Positions 40,487-53,157 of a stretch of 64,000 bases of DNA are shown in pieces. Location: NCBI RefSeq assembly GCF_964355755.1, contig NC_092675.1, positions 30,848,912 to 30,912,911 on the forward strand. Direction: 5' to 3'. How positions within the stretch are numbered: the stretch's first letter is position 1; every line of letters begins with the position of its first letter. The DNA is from Antedon mediterranea (Eukaryota; Animalia; Echinodermata). Position numbers and translations under genes: made by a program. The notes beneath the pieces are model-generated. The model ran no database searches. It saw only the letters and a list, made by a program, of their open reading frames with translations, and was not told where the DNA came from.

Positions 40487-40724
40487 AAGACCAAATTAAT
40501 GAAAATTTATTTAAATTAATTTTAAAATTAATTCCAATTAGTTCATTTTTTTAAACAAAATTCTTATCGGGTTCTTGGTAGTTTCTTTTTCTGGAATTCT
40601 ATGTATGTATGTTGTGTTATTGTTGTGTTTAAAAAAAAAAAAAAAAGAAGAAAAATGAAGTGGAAGAAAAGAAAGAAAGAGCAAGTACGTGTGTAGAAGA
40701 ACAAGAGGGAAGACAAAAGAAATA

Positions 40725-40737
40725 AAACAAGGAGGAA
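40725..40737 (+). promoter_or_regulatory. Polypurine tract
   Basis: aaaacaaggaggaa abuts the TG of the 3' LTR. Confidence 0.75.
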
Positions 40738-40984
40738 TGTAGTGCCGCTACACAGATGCTTAAGCGGAGCGCGTCGTTCTAAACACCTGGACGCGCTCCG
40801 CCGTGCGTATCTTGGAACGTCAAGTACGTTTGGGACACTTGAGAAGTCGACGACGGAAACTAAACCTATATTATTACTACTCACTTATTATTATCATACA
40901 AAGACTATTACAATGGTGAGTATTTTACGTTGTAGTCTTTTATCGTAGTTAAGGAACTAAACCAAGAGACTAGCAATCTCTTTA
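40738..40984 (+). repeat. 3' LTR
   Basis: Identical to the 5' LTR; followed by the AAAC TSD. Confidence 0.95.
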
Positions 40985-41289
40985 AAACATCATTTTTTTT
41001 ATTTTACTACCCAACATTGTTGCTAAAATAACAACTTAATATTAAATCGCTCCGGTTTTTGCGTGCACGTACGACGTACGTACAACGTCCCGTGTGTCTG
41101 ATCGGCAAAAAAATGCTTTTGCCGCCCTCTACGTTTTTACTTGTTGCAATTAATGATGACGACACTTTTTTATGGCGAACAATTAAATCCGATCCCACAC
41201 CACCACCACCACCACGTAAAGTGCGGAGGAGTTGTTGAAAGGTATTTGAAATCTATCGTGTCTTAAAACATAGTATTTCAATTGTTATA

Positions 41290-41545
41290 TGCTAGGCGGC
41301 CTATAGTATTAGCTAGGCTAGGCCCTACTTTAGTGAGAGTGTAGGCTAGCCTAGCCTAGCCTAGTCTAGACCTAACTAGCTAGTGCTAGGGGCTAAGCGG
41401 ATCTAGGCCTAGCCTAGGCCTAGAGAGCTAATCTAGGCTAGCTAGCTAGGCCTAGGGCCTAGGCTAGGCCTAGGGCCTAGGCTAGGCCTACTAGCTAGTA
41501 GGCTAGGCCTACTAGCTAGTAGGCTAGCTACTAGCTAGGCCTATG
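41290..41545. repeat. Low-complexity CTAG/AGGCCT palindrome cluster
   Basis: Dense ctag and ctaggcctag motifs in the putative 5'-UTR intron of CMPK1. Confidence 0.8.
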
Positions 41546-42333
41546 CCAAGTGCACTGTTTTTAATTCCACCAGTGAGGTATACCTCCCTGATTCCACTGC
41601 CTCAAGTTTTATTCAAATGCTAGACCCTAGTAGAGTCTAACTCTAAGGCTTACCTTACAACAGTTCCATGCGTAAATAAATGCCTATCTAGGCCTATACC
41701 TAGGCCTAAGGCCTACTGTAGCTCGGTAGATCTATGAATGATACAGAATTTATTTTTAACATAACTTTGATTTTGTTTGTTTGCTTGTTTTTTAGATTTT
41801 TTTTATTACTGATAATTAATGATGTTGAATTTTATGGGTATTTCAAAAGAAATCAAATCAATATTAATCATATTAAATTTTCAATTCAAATAATTATAAT
41901 AACAAATATCCACAATGTAGTACAAAATATTAAAAATAAATCTTATTTCATCACCTCAATACATTTCAATACAAATAGGCTGTATCGATGATGGCGACCT
42001 TAGCAAAGTCAGATGAAGAACAAAATATTTTTGTATAATGATACAATGATGAATATCAAGTTGAAAATTAATCGTCTTGCAGCAGCAGAGAATTCACTTT
42101 TACTTCATTCTCCTTTTCTTAGCCACAGCTATTAATAGGCAAAGATTATGTGATGAAATGCAACACAACAATAAAATACATAAAGATTAGATAACAATTT
42201 GCATTAAAATACTAAAAGATAATATTACTAGTACAACAACCTCTTGCATCCGTTCATCTGATCTCAAATCGTGTGTGTTTGTTTTCAGCATTGTATGTTG
42301 GTAACTTTTGTTCGCTTTGCAAGTCGGATCATA

Positions 42334-45300
42334 ATGTCATCTGAGAAGCCGTTGGTAGCATTTGTGCTTGGAGCCCCTGGAGCAGGAAAGGGTACACAAT
42401 GCTCTAAGATCGTTGAGGTAAGTTTCATTCACACTGAATGTTCTAATTAATATTCTACTATTGTCAAGATAAGATAAGATAACTTTTATTGATCCTCAAC
42501 AAGGAAATTCATTGCTCGTCATAATAACAAAGAAAACACAATAAAAACAAATATAGCATAAAACCATTCATATAAAAACATCTAAAAAATTACAATATAA
42601 AATTATCTTCTTGACTTCCTGTTGTACTGGATGATACCGAAGGGAATAAAGGATTTAGCAAATCGATTTGTTTTCACACTGAGGAGCCTCAATCTACCAC
42701 TTGGATTAAGTTGGTCTATGATCACTTTGTGGAGAGGATGAGAGGCATCCGACTCAATGCGTTCGAAATCTTTCTGGAGGTGTTCTAGGTGCACATCGGT
42801 AAAGGAAGGCAGTTCCAGACCAATCATTTTACCAGCCCGACGAAAGTTTCAAGGCGTCCTTTATTCCCTCCGGTAACATTACCAGCCCAACAGGAGAGGC
42901 AATACGTCCAAACACTACATATAACGGATCTATAAAACGAAAGTAACATCAAATCACAGGAGTTAAATTTATATAAAGTTCTCATACAATACATTCTGGG
43001 ATTTAATTTTTTGCTGATGTAGTCTATATGGTCTCCCCAATTCAGTTTATCATTGAAAACAATTCCTAGATACTTGTACTGGTCAACAATTTCAATTTCT
43101 TTACCTTTGATAGTGATTGGTTGAAAATTAAATTTATGTTTAGTCCTAAAATCAATGATCATCTCCTTTGTTTTTGATGCATTTATTTGGAGATAATTAT
43201 CGTCACAAAATTTTACAAATCTTTGTATTTCGCTACGATAATTTTCATCATTGTTTGAAACTATGAGACCAATAGTACTAGTGTCATCAGCGAATTTAAC
43301 AACGGGGCAAAGCTCATCATTTAAAGATCTGTAATCGGCCGTATACAAGGAATATAATTTAGGTGCGTTGACAGTACCCTGAGGAACACTGGTGTCAGAG
43401 GTTACGATTTCTGACTTAACACCATTAATATTAACAAATTGTTTTCTATCACAAATGAAATTTAAAACTAAACGAACAATCGGACGGGGAAACTCCATAT
43501 TCAACATTTTGTCTGCTAAGATATGGGGTTGTATGGTATTAAACGCAGACTGAAAATCAAAATACATAATACGTGCCGAGTGGCCTTTCTTTACATTATC
43601 TAGATGTGAATACAATTTATGTAATTTAAAATAAATCGCATCACTGGTACTACGGAGTGATCGGTAAGCAAATTGCAACGGGTCTAACACTTTTTCAGCA
43701 TAAGGTTGCATAATTTTTAAAATAATACGTTCCAATATTTTCATCGCGACAGACGTGAGTGCAACAGGTCTCAAATCATTCATGCTGTTAATCTTAGGTT
43801 TCTTAGGTACCGGTATTATGCATGAAAGTTTCCAAATATCCGGGAACGCATGATAAGAAAGACACATATTGAAAATAAATGTAAATATACCATCAAGGTG
43901 AGGAGAGCAGACCTTAAGTACTCGTGGTGGGATTCTATCCGGCCCAGCAGCCTTCGATGAATTGAGTTTCATGAATTCGTTATGTACATCAGAAATGCTT
44001 ATACTAAATTTGGGATCATCTTCAGTCACCCGACACAAGCTAAATAGGGCCTCTCTTTCTTTTTTAAAATCATGAACATTAAAACGGTTATAAAATTCAT
44101 TTAACTCATTAACATATTGCACAGTAACATTCGGAATCGAGGTGGGTGTATTACCACCGTTTGTGTAACCACTCATAAGTTTAATACCCTGCCAAACTTG
44201 TTTCATATTATTAGACCTGAAGTTATGTTCAACTTTTTTCCTATAAATGTTCTTCTGTTTCATTATTTCAGATTTAATCTCTCTAGTCAATATTTTCATA
44301 CGATTAGAGTCGCCCATCTTAAAGGCTTTACGTTTCTCACACAACAGTAATTTAACGCCTTTCGTGATCCATGGCTTGTTATTAGGGTAGATTTTCACTT
44401 TTTTAACTGGAACGCATTTATCAATACAAAAGTTTATGTACGAGCTCACTGCATAAGTAATACTATTCAAATCTTCATCCTCCGTAAAAATATCCCAATC
44501 GGTAGATTCAAATTCCGCTATCAGGGCTTCCTCGGCTTCAGGAGACCATTTACGTACATTAATAATTTTTGGTTGGCATGTCTTATTTAACGGGCGATAT
44601 TTAGGACTGAGTAAAATCAAATTATGATCAGATTTGCCCAAGTTCGGTAGTGGGGTCGAAATATAGGCATCCTTCACACTAGAGTAGCATAAATCAAGAA
44701 TCGCGTTGTCCCTCGTTTTACATGTAACATGCTGATAATATGTGGCCGTTGTTTTCTTGAGCTTGCATCTGTTGAAATCGCCATTGATAATTACAAGCGC
44801 CTCAGGGTGACTACACTCAATACCTTCGATAATTTCTGCGATCTCATTTATAGCAGGCTTTTTAAGCTTTTTGTTAGGTATGTATACCATAACATTGATA
44901 ACATGCGAGAACTCTCTCGGAAGATAGTAGGGGCGAATACCAACAACCAGCACTTCCGAGTGTGGCGAACATTTATGAAGCTTAAGCGTAGAGTTATTTG
45001 GATGACAGTATTTCTCATTAATGTAGAGGCAAAGACCACCACCGCCATCTTTGTTCGCTTCGGCTGTACGATCCCCACGAACAGATTTAAAGCCAACTAC
45101 TTGAATATGTTGATCGCTGTGCTTATCGCTCAGGTGGGTTTCCGTGAATGCAAGTAAGCTGGCATTCCTAAAATCGCTGAAGTGTTCGACGTTTGCTCTG
45201 AGTAAATCGACTTTGTTATTCAAAGATCTAACATTTCCAAATATTAAAGATGGTATAAAAGGCTTACATTTCCTTCGTTGTAGTCGTTTTCTGACCCCAC

Positions 45301-48300
45301 CAGCCTTGCCCCTTTTCCGAGGCCTGCGACGTTGTATCTCAGATGGTAATTCAACGTGTGCCGGTAGCGGTGAGGTCGACCTCTCGCCCATGGAATGCAA
45401 ATCAGATGACGTGTACGCAATTCCACCGCCCGGCTTACTCAATCCACACAGTAAGAACATCCAATAAATCAGCAAAAAATACAGAAATTTCAAAACTTTC
45501 ACATACAACATAATGTATAAATCAAATGACTTCTTCCACAATACAATACAGTCCAAATATACGAAAATAACGTCAAAAAATGAGGAACAACAGTGAGACG
45601 AGCTGTGTCGCCGTGTTGCACAGCTCCACTAACAAGTCAAGTAATGGTTGGTAGCTTTTAAGTTTTTGTGGTGATATACCTTGTTTTATAATGTTGCTAT
45701 CATATTTGGGCACATCAAACTTTTTTTGTCAAACTAGTTTGATAGTGTCAGAGCTTTATAATTTTTTTTAACAATGCTTTTTTTAGAATCAACTTAAATG
45801 TGTAATTTTGTATGTAGGAGTTTGGTTATGTTCACTTATCAGCAGGTGATTTATTAAGAGCAGAAAGAAACAAGGAAGGATCCGAATATGGCGAGCTAAT
45901 ACAGACACACATTAAGAACGGCTCTATTGTGCCGGTTGCAATTACGATAAGTCTCATCGAAAGGGTATGCTATGCAACTATGTTACATTATTTTGTGTTT
46001 GCCTCAGCACTGTGGTGCTAGTATGTTTGCCACGAGGAGAATTCTTTCTTTACCAGCATGTCCGCAAGTGCGCCTATGGTTTTAGAATAAGAATTTTGAA
46101 TAATGAAAATGATCTTGTTAGGTGTACTACGAACTATCTGTTACGATCTTCAAATGTCTTCACTAAATGGGAGAAAATCATATTTTATTGTGATTTTCCA
46201 TTTTGTTTGTTGTATATATGGAATTTTTATTCTTAAATAAAATGATCAATAAATATTGGTCTCAAACAGTTTAGAAAACAGGTTTTAGCAGTAGCGTCTG
46301 CACACAAAAACCTTAACATTTGTCTTTTAAGCTGGGTGGGAAGTGTTTACTTACAGTGGGAGGCGTCGCCTTGCTCTGCTCCCCATAACTACATCCCTAT
46401 GCAGAAAGTTTTTCATCATGACATGACGTCAGTAGCAATATTTAAAGTAATAAAGTCCATTATATAACATAATGATTTCTTTACTAGGCCATGAATGAAA
46501 GTACTGTTAAAAAGTTTTTAGTGGATGGTTTTCCACGAAATGAAGACAATTTAACCGGTTGGGACCAACAAATGACCGACAAAGTTAATCTCAAATTTGT
46601 ACTGTTTTTTGAGTGCTCAGAAGAGGTAAATTTATTTTTCTTTTATTTCATTAAAAACATATTTGTACAAGCGAAAAACATATCAGGTATAGATATTGCA
46701 CATGTTACATATGGTCCTGTTTTTTTAAAGTAATAGATTAAAAAACATTCATAAAAAGACATTAAAACTGACTAATAAAACTGTAAAAATGGCCTTTCTT
46801 TTTGCTGTTTATGTTTTAAATGCAAGGTATATATTTTGGTGAAATGCTTGTTGTCAAAAAGTCTTGTGAATAACTGATTTGTAATTTCCAAACTTGACCC
46901 TGTCTCCATGTTATTAACAGGAATGTGTAAAAAGGTGTTTAAAAAGAGGCGAGGAAGCCGCTAAACAAGGAACAGCAGCAAGAGCTGACGATAACGAAGA
47001 GAGTCTAAAAAAGAGGTAAATCTTGTCTTCATAAACAGTGCTGTTTTTCTATAGTATTAATAGGCCGCAGATAATTTTATGCAGGATTTGGAGGTCGAAA
47101 GTTGTTCTTCCTAGACCTAAGTATTCATTAGTTATGTTGCTCCCTATCTGGCAGAGTAATACTGTGTATCTTGCCAACATTTTAATGTAAATAAAAATAT
47201 TTACTAACAAAGCAATGTGTTCTAAATAATATGAATTAAATGACTACAATTTAATTTTAGGTTTAATACACACATGTCATCAACAATGCCAATTATTGAG
47301 CATTATGCCAAACAGAACTTGGTGGAGAAAGTAGAGGCTAATAGACCAGCAGACGAGGTAAGTAAATAACAAAGCAAATGTATCAACTAAACATAAAGAT
47401 ATCAGAAAAAAAAATCATGCATTTGTACCGCAAAATGTGCGTACTATGGCATTCAATATTAATCCCTTTTGTAAAACAGGCTGATATAATTAACTTTTTC
47501 TGAGAACTAGGTCGTGTTCGTACGGTGGTTAAAATAAGCGCTTAATTTCACCCATGCCTCGGGTTATAAATTGAGTGTTGTTCGTACTTAAATGCTTAAT
47601 CGACGAATCACAAACCGGAAATTACGTTTTAAGGTCAGTTGTCTTTACAACCTACGACCCCATTTTCGCACGCTAGTTTCGTGTTGTATATTTTTTACTC
47701 GCGATCTTTCTTTACAATAACAATTACTTGCTACCTTTTACACTGCTTATCCTTGCGACAAACCTTATGCCTCTTAACGCCGAAATATGCCTTCTCCTGA
47801 CGACCATTTATTTTACTTGACGAAGAATTTGAGCCCAATGTTACACGAAACACCACCGACCAGCTAGGCCTACTAAGCGGTCTACACCAACAAGGACAGC
47901 ACCAGCTGACGATCGCTCTCGAAGCGTGTATGGAAGAGCTTCGTTGGAGAAATGACGGGCCTAGGCAGCGAACGTTTGTCAAAATTTGATACATTGCCTC
48001 TATCGGAGATTTATTATCCTCGAAGGCCGAGTATAATTGGATTATCGCTGAAATAACCTGCAAATTTGGTGAACATTTTGCCTCGAATTTTTTGTAGCCT
48101 GAGGAAAAAGTTAATTGGGTCACGCGAACGGAAATCGGGAATAAGCTGGTATTTTCAACCCCTACGAACAGGCCCCTAGTCCTTCTAATCATTGTTAATT
48201 GACAGACAATATCCTTCAAACTAGTTTTGTTCTTTTAAATGTATAAACCATTTCCATACGAAATTCTATCTACTATGAATATACTGAATTATTCATTTCT

Positions 48301-48399
48301 TAGCTCGGTTACTTTCTATTTCAAAGTCACACTCAACTTTGACCTTTTCCTTTATTTTTGTAGGTGTTTGCCGACGTTAAGAAACTTTTTACTGAGTAA
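42334..48399 (+). CDS. CMPK1: UMP-CMP kinase, 6 coding exons
   Basis: [15 protein letters not shown]-loop (42334-42417), [15 protein letters not shown] (45819-45964), [12 protein letters not shown] (46488-46625), [12 protein letters not shown] (46921-47015), exon 47261-47357, [11 protein letters not shown] (48364-48399). In-frame upstream ATG at 42295. Confidence 0.95.
42466..45635 (-). mobile_element. Near full-length Rex1/Babar-type non-LTR retrotransposon in CMPK1 intron 1
   Basis: Single APE+RT ORF, (TCTTA)n 3' tail at ~42466-42482, possible GTCAAG TSD (42463-42468 / 45636-45641). Confidence 0.88.
42603..45556 (-). CDS. LINE ORF: APE endonuclease + reverse transcriptase, one frameshift near the C-terminus
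   Basis: GNVRSL, FTETHL, GDFN, LDLCY, SDHNL (APE); [42 protein letters not shown] (RT). The 910-aa frame shifts at ~42845 into the 74-aa tail (HPLH...[10 protein letters not shown]). Confidence 0.88.
45670..45757. mobile_element. Partial Harbinger-like MITE
   Basis: catatttgggcacatc...gtcaaactagtttgatagtgtcagagcttta. Confidence 0.65.
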
Positions 48400-49381
48400 G
48401 CAAATTTTAAGGTTTTGTAGATTTTTAGAAACTTGTGATGTAATAAATAGTAATATAATTGGGTATCTTTGACAAGATAAACAGATTATAACATATTGAT
48501 AAGGATAGTAGAACATATTGATAAGGATAGTAGTGCATATTGATAAGGATAGTAGAACATATTGATAAGGATAGTAGTGCATGTTGTATGCATGTACTTG
48601 ATGCATCTTGTGGAATACAACATTCAGCATTGACATTTTATTTCCTACTCTAATATTCTGTTTCACTTTTTTTAATAATATAGTATACTAGGATATTCCA
48701 AATATCTATTTTATGTTTAACTTTTACTTAATTCCTTGCTTTTTGGTTGACATGGTTGACATATTATAAATTGTATTATTTTAGAATGTAAAACAACTCA
48801 ATTTTTAACCTACTAAAGCTTAAATAACATAAAAGATGAACTTATATTAAGTACCACCACCGAGTTTTTTGTTTTTTTTTACATTTTTCCTGAAAATTAT
48901 TTATAGGCCTAATTTTGTAGAGAGAAAAGAATTATCAAAAATAGCATAACTATGACAAAATAATGATTTAGCTGCTAAAGCTGTTGACAAATTCATTTCA
49001 AATGGATTTGTGAATATTTGGATAAACCTAATTTAAAATGCAAAAGCAGATATTTACACTGCTATTCTATTTTTAACATATTTATAACAAATGTTCATGC
49101 TACAGTATATTAAGGAATAATCAATATCATACATCTGCCATCAGTGTGTAAACTAACTCTACTGAGATATTCATTTAAGTACATGCTATAATATCATTGA
49201 GCATATACATTCAACTCAATTGTAAACTAACTCTACTGAGATATTCATTTAAAGACACGCTATAATATCATTGAGCATATACATTCAACTCAATTGTAAA
49301 CTTTACTCTACTGAGATATTCATTCAGACACTAGACCTACAATTGTTGACGTTTTGTAAAAATACTGCATAGACTGTATAC

Positions 49382-51489
49382 TACTTTAAAAACATTAAGT
49401 CAGTTCATCCCTTGTCTTAAATTGATACTTTACTTTAAAAACATTAAGTCAGTTCATCCCTTGTCTTAAATTGATACTTTACTTTAAAAACATTAAGTCA
49501 GTTCATCCCTTGTCTTAAATTGATACTTTACTTTAAAAACATTAAGTCAGTTCATCCCTTGTCTTAAATTGATACTTTACTTTAAAAACATTAAGTCAGT
49601 TCATCCCTTGTCTTAAATTGATACTTTACTTTAAAAACATTAAGTCAGTTCATCCCTTGTCTTAAATTGATACTTTACTTTAAAAACATTAAGTCAGTTC
49701 ATCCCTTGTCTTAAATTGATACTTTACTTTAAAAACATTAAGTCAGTTCATCCCTTGTCTTAAATTGATACTTTACTTTAAAAACATTAAGCCAGTTCAT
49801 CCCTTGTCTTAAATTGATACTTTACTTTAAAAACATTAAGTCAGTTCATCCCTTGTCTTAAATTGATACTTTACTTTAAAAACATTAAGTCAGTTCATCC
49901 CTTGTCTTAAATTGATACTTTACTTTAAAAACATTAAGTCAGTTCATCCCTTGTCTTAAATTGATACTTTACTTTAAAAACATTAAGCCAGTTCATCCCT
50001 TGTCTTAAATTGATACTTTACTTTAAAAACATTAAGCCAGTTCATCCCTTGTCTTAAATTGATACTTTACTTTAAAAACATTAAGTCAGTTCATCCCTTG
50101 TCTTAAATTGATACTTTACTTTAAAAACATTAAGTCAGTTCATCCCTTGTCTTAAATTGATACTTTACTTTAAAAACATTAAGTCAGTTCATCCCTTGTC
50201 TTAAATTGATACTTTACTTTAAAAACATTAAGTCAGTTCATCCCTTGTCTTAAATTGATACTTTACTTTAAAAACATTAAGTCAGTTCATCCCTTGTCTT
50301 AAATTGATACTTTACTTTAAAAACATTAAGTCAGTTCATCCCTTGTCTTAAATTGATACTTTACTTTAAAAACATTAAGCCAGTTCATCCCTTGTCTTAA
50401 ATTGATACTTTACTTTAAAAACATTAAGTCAGTTCATCCCTTGTCTTAAATTGATACTTTACTTTAAAAACATTAAGTCAGTTCATCCCTTGTCTTAAAT
50501 TGATACTTTACATTAAAAACATTAAGTCAGTTCATCCCTTGTCTTAAATTGATACTTTACTTTAAAAACATTAAGCCAGTTCATCCCTTGTCTTAAATTG
50601 ATACTTTACTTTAAAAACATTAAGTCAGTTCATCCCTTGTCTTAAATTGATACTTTACTTTAAAAACATTAAGTCAGTTCATCCCTTGTCTTAAATTGAT
50701 ACTTTACTTTAAAAACATTAAGTCAGTTCATCCCTTGTCTTAAATTGATACTTTACTTTAAAAACATTAAGCCAGTTCATCCCTTGTCTTAAATTGATAC
50801 TTTACTTTAAAAACATTAAGCCAGTTCATCCCTTGTCTTAAATTGATACTTTACTTTAAAAACATTAAGTCAGTTCATCCCTTGTCTTAAATTGATACTT
50901 TACTTTAAAAACATTAAGTCAGTTCATCCCTTGTCTTAAATTGATACTTTACTTTAAAAACATTAAGTCAGTTCATCCCTTGTCTTAAATTGATACTTTA
51001 CTTTAAAAACATTAAGCCAGTTCATCCCTTGTCTTAAATTGATACTTTACTTTAAAAACATTAAGTCAGTTCATCCCTTGTCTTAAATTGATACTTTACT
51101 TTAAAAACATTAAGCCAGTTCATCCCTTGTCTTAAATTGATACTTTACTTTAAAAACATTAAGCCAGTTCATCTCTTGTCTTAAATTGATACTTTACATT
51201 AAAAACATTAAGTCAGTTCATCCCTTGTCTTAAATTGATACTTTACTTTAAAAACATTAAGTCAGTTCATCCCTTGTCTTAAATTGATACTTTACTTTAA
51301 AAACATTAAGTCAGTTCATCCCTTGTCTTAAATTGATACTTTACTTTAAAAACATTAAGTCAGTTCATCCCTTGTCTTAAATTGATACTTTACTTTAAAA
51401 ACATTAAGTCAGTTCATCCCTTGTCTTAAATTGATACTTTACTTTAAAAACATTAAGCCAGTTCATCCCTTGTCTTAAATTGATACTTT
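49382..51489. repeat. 49-bp satellite array, ~43 copies
   Basis: Unit tactttaaaaacattaag(t/c)cagttcatcccttgtcttaaattgatactt, nearly invariant. Confidence 0.97.
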
Positions 51490-51846
51490 TCACATTTTTA
51501 ACCGTTTAAAGATAAAAACAGTTATTGCAATAGGTCCATATAGTATTTTGTAAATAAAATGAAGTGTGTGACCTTAAATTAGGTCGAAAAACGTAGGTCT
51601 AGTGTCTTTAAGTACATGGTATAATATATAGCATGACACTCAACCCAAATAATGTTAAATATTTTATTTTACATCTGAGGTGAAAAATAATAAAAAATAC
51701 TAACAACTAAAAAAGGTTATTTAAATCATAATACAGTACAGTCAACTAACCAAAAGGTTCCAAATTCATTAATCCATATTTGGATTATCAACATTTCTGA
51801 AAACCAGACAGGAGAGCCCAATGGTGAGTTGACTGTATATAAAAAC

Positions 51847-52025
51847 TACTAACTGGGCTAGGTAGTGTAAGGGATATCACATCTGGTGTATATTGCAAAT
51901 GATCTTATACTAACTGGGCTAGGTAGTGTAAGGGATATCACATCTGCTGTATATTGCAAATGATCTTATACTAACTGGACTAGGTAGTGTAAGGGATATC
52001 ACATCTGGTGTATATTGCAAATGAT
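51847..52025. repeat. 61-bp tandem repeat x3
   Basis: tactaactgggctaggtagtgtaagggatatcacatctggtgtatattgcaaatgatctta. Confidence 0.85.
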
Positions 52026-52770
52026 TTTATAATCATATTTAAACTCATAGTCCGCATCTGGCTTTGTCTCTATTAGCTTATATTTTTTGTTATGCATTCA
52101 AATGGTAAAAATTCTTTTTGTACACCATTACATATACTACTATACAGTCTACTCACTCAATACCTATAATTCTGGTGTTCTAAATAATAATTTGGGACCT
52201 TTTGGACTTCAGTTTTCTGTTTTTGGGAGAGTTGACTGTACTTAAATAAATGTGTGTTTACATACATAAAAGGTGTATTGTAATTGCAGGTATAATAATA
52301 GTCACTATGTGAAATATGTAAATATAACCTGTCATTTGTACCATTGTCAATGTAAAATTAAATCGAATTAATTAATTTTACTGAATTTTGACTTCTTTCT
52401 TTTCTTGTTTGTGGTTCTTTCCTGCTATTCATGCATGTAGAAACCTAACACATTTTCATTTTGTCACTTTCACTCTAACTCAGCACAAGAGAGCACATCA
52501 AATGAATTTGTCCAAAAAGTATGTTTATCAAAATAAAATACTTTGAACACAGTTTGAAACTTTATAGTACAGGTATGCCTTGTGCTGATTGCAATCTGAC
52601 CTGCTCATAGTAGTATAAGCTACATACAGTATTTACAATTGTCTTTAAGAGGTTCTTTTAAAAGGTAAGGGACAAATTTGGGCTTCCTAATTTCTGTCAT
52701 TAAAAAAAATTGGCTGCAAGTTTCATAATACTGACATTTTTTAAACATTTAATTTGACTGCAGACTTAAA

Positions 52771-52929
52771 AGCTCTGTCTACACTATCAAACTAATTTGA
52801 TCAAAAAAAGTGTGATGTGTCCAAATATGATAGTGCTATGCCCAAATATGGTAGTGATATAACATCATCATGTCTATAATATGGGCACATCACATTTTTT
52901 GTGACATGAAGTTTGATAGTGTAGACAGA
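52771..52929. mobile_element. Harbinger-like MITE
   Basis: agctctgtctacactatcaaact ... agtttgatagtgtagacaga. Confidence 0.8.
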
Positions 52930-53157
52930 ATTTAGAAACATATTACTAACCATGGCTGCATATTTGACATTTATCATCTACTACCATACTACCACCGTAC
53001 TACTACCATACTACCACCGTACTACTACCATCGTACTACTACCATACTACCACCGTACTACCACCATCTAAGAAATTGATTACTACTACTATTACCACTA
53101 ATTAATACATTGCATAATGATGACACTGACAGTTCATACAAATGTTTTTATTTACAG

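Larger units (their letters stand above)
36407..40984 (+). mobile_element. Young non-autonomous Ty3/Gypsy-derived LTR retroelement carrying a cargo ORF
   Basis: 247-bp LTRs identical by eye (36407-36653, 40738-40984), AAAC TSD (36403-36406, 40985-40988), PBS at 36655, purine tract before the 3' LTR, decayed gag, no recognisable pol. Confidence 0.92.

Noticed and set aside
49382-51489. CRISPR-like appearance of regular arrays (also 2965-3645 and 5865-6460)
   Set aside because: Units are head-to-tail with no unique spacers, no cas genes, and the context is eukaryotic introns.
52441-52518. Possible extra CMPK1 micro-exon (acceptors at 52440 or 52483, donor 52519)
   Set aside because: Phase-compatible in some combinations, but the peptide is uninformative; cannot be supported without RNA data.
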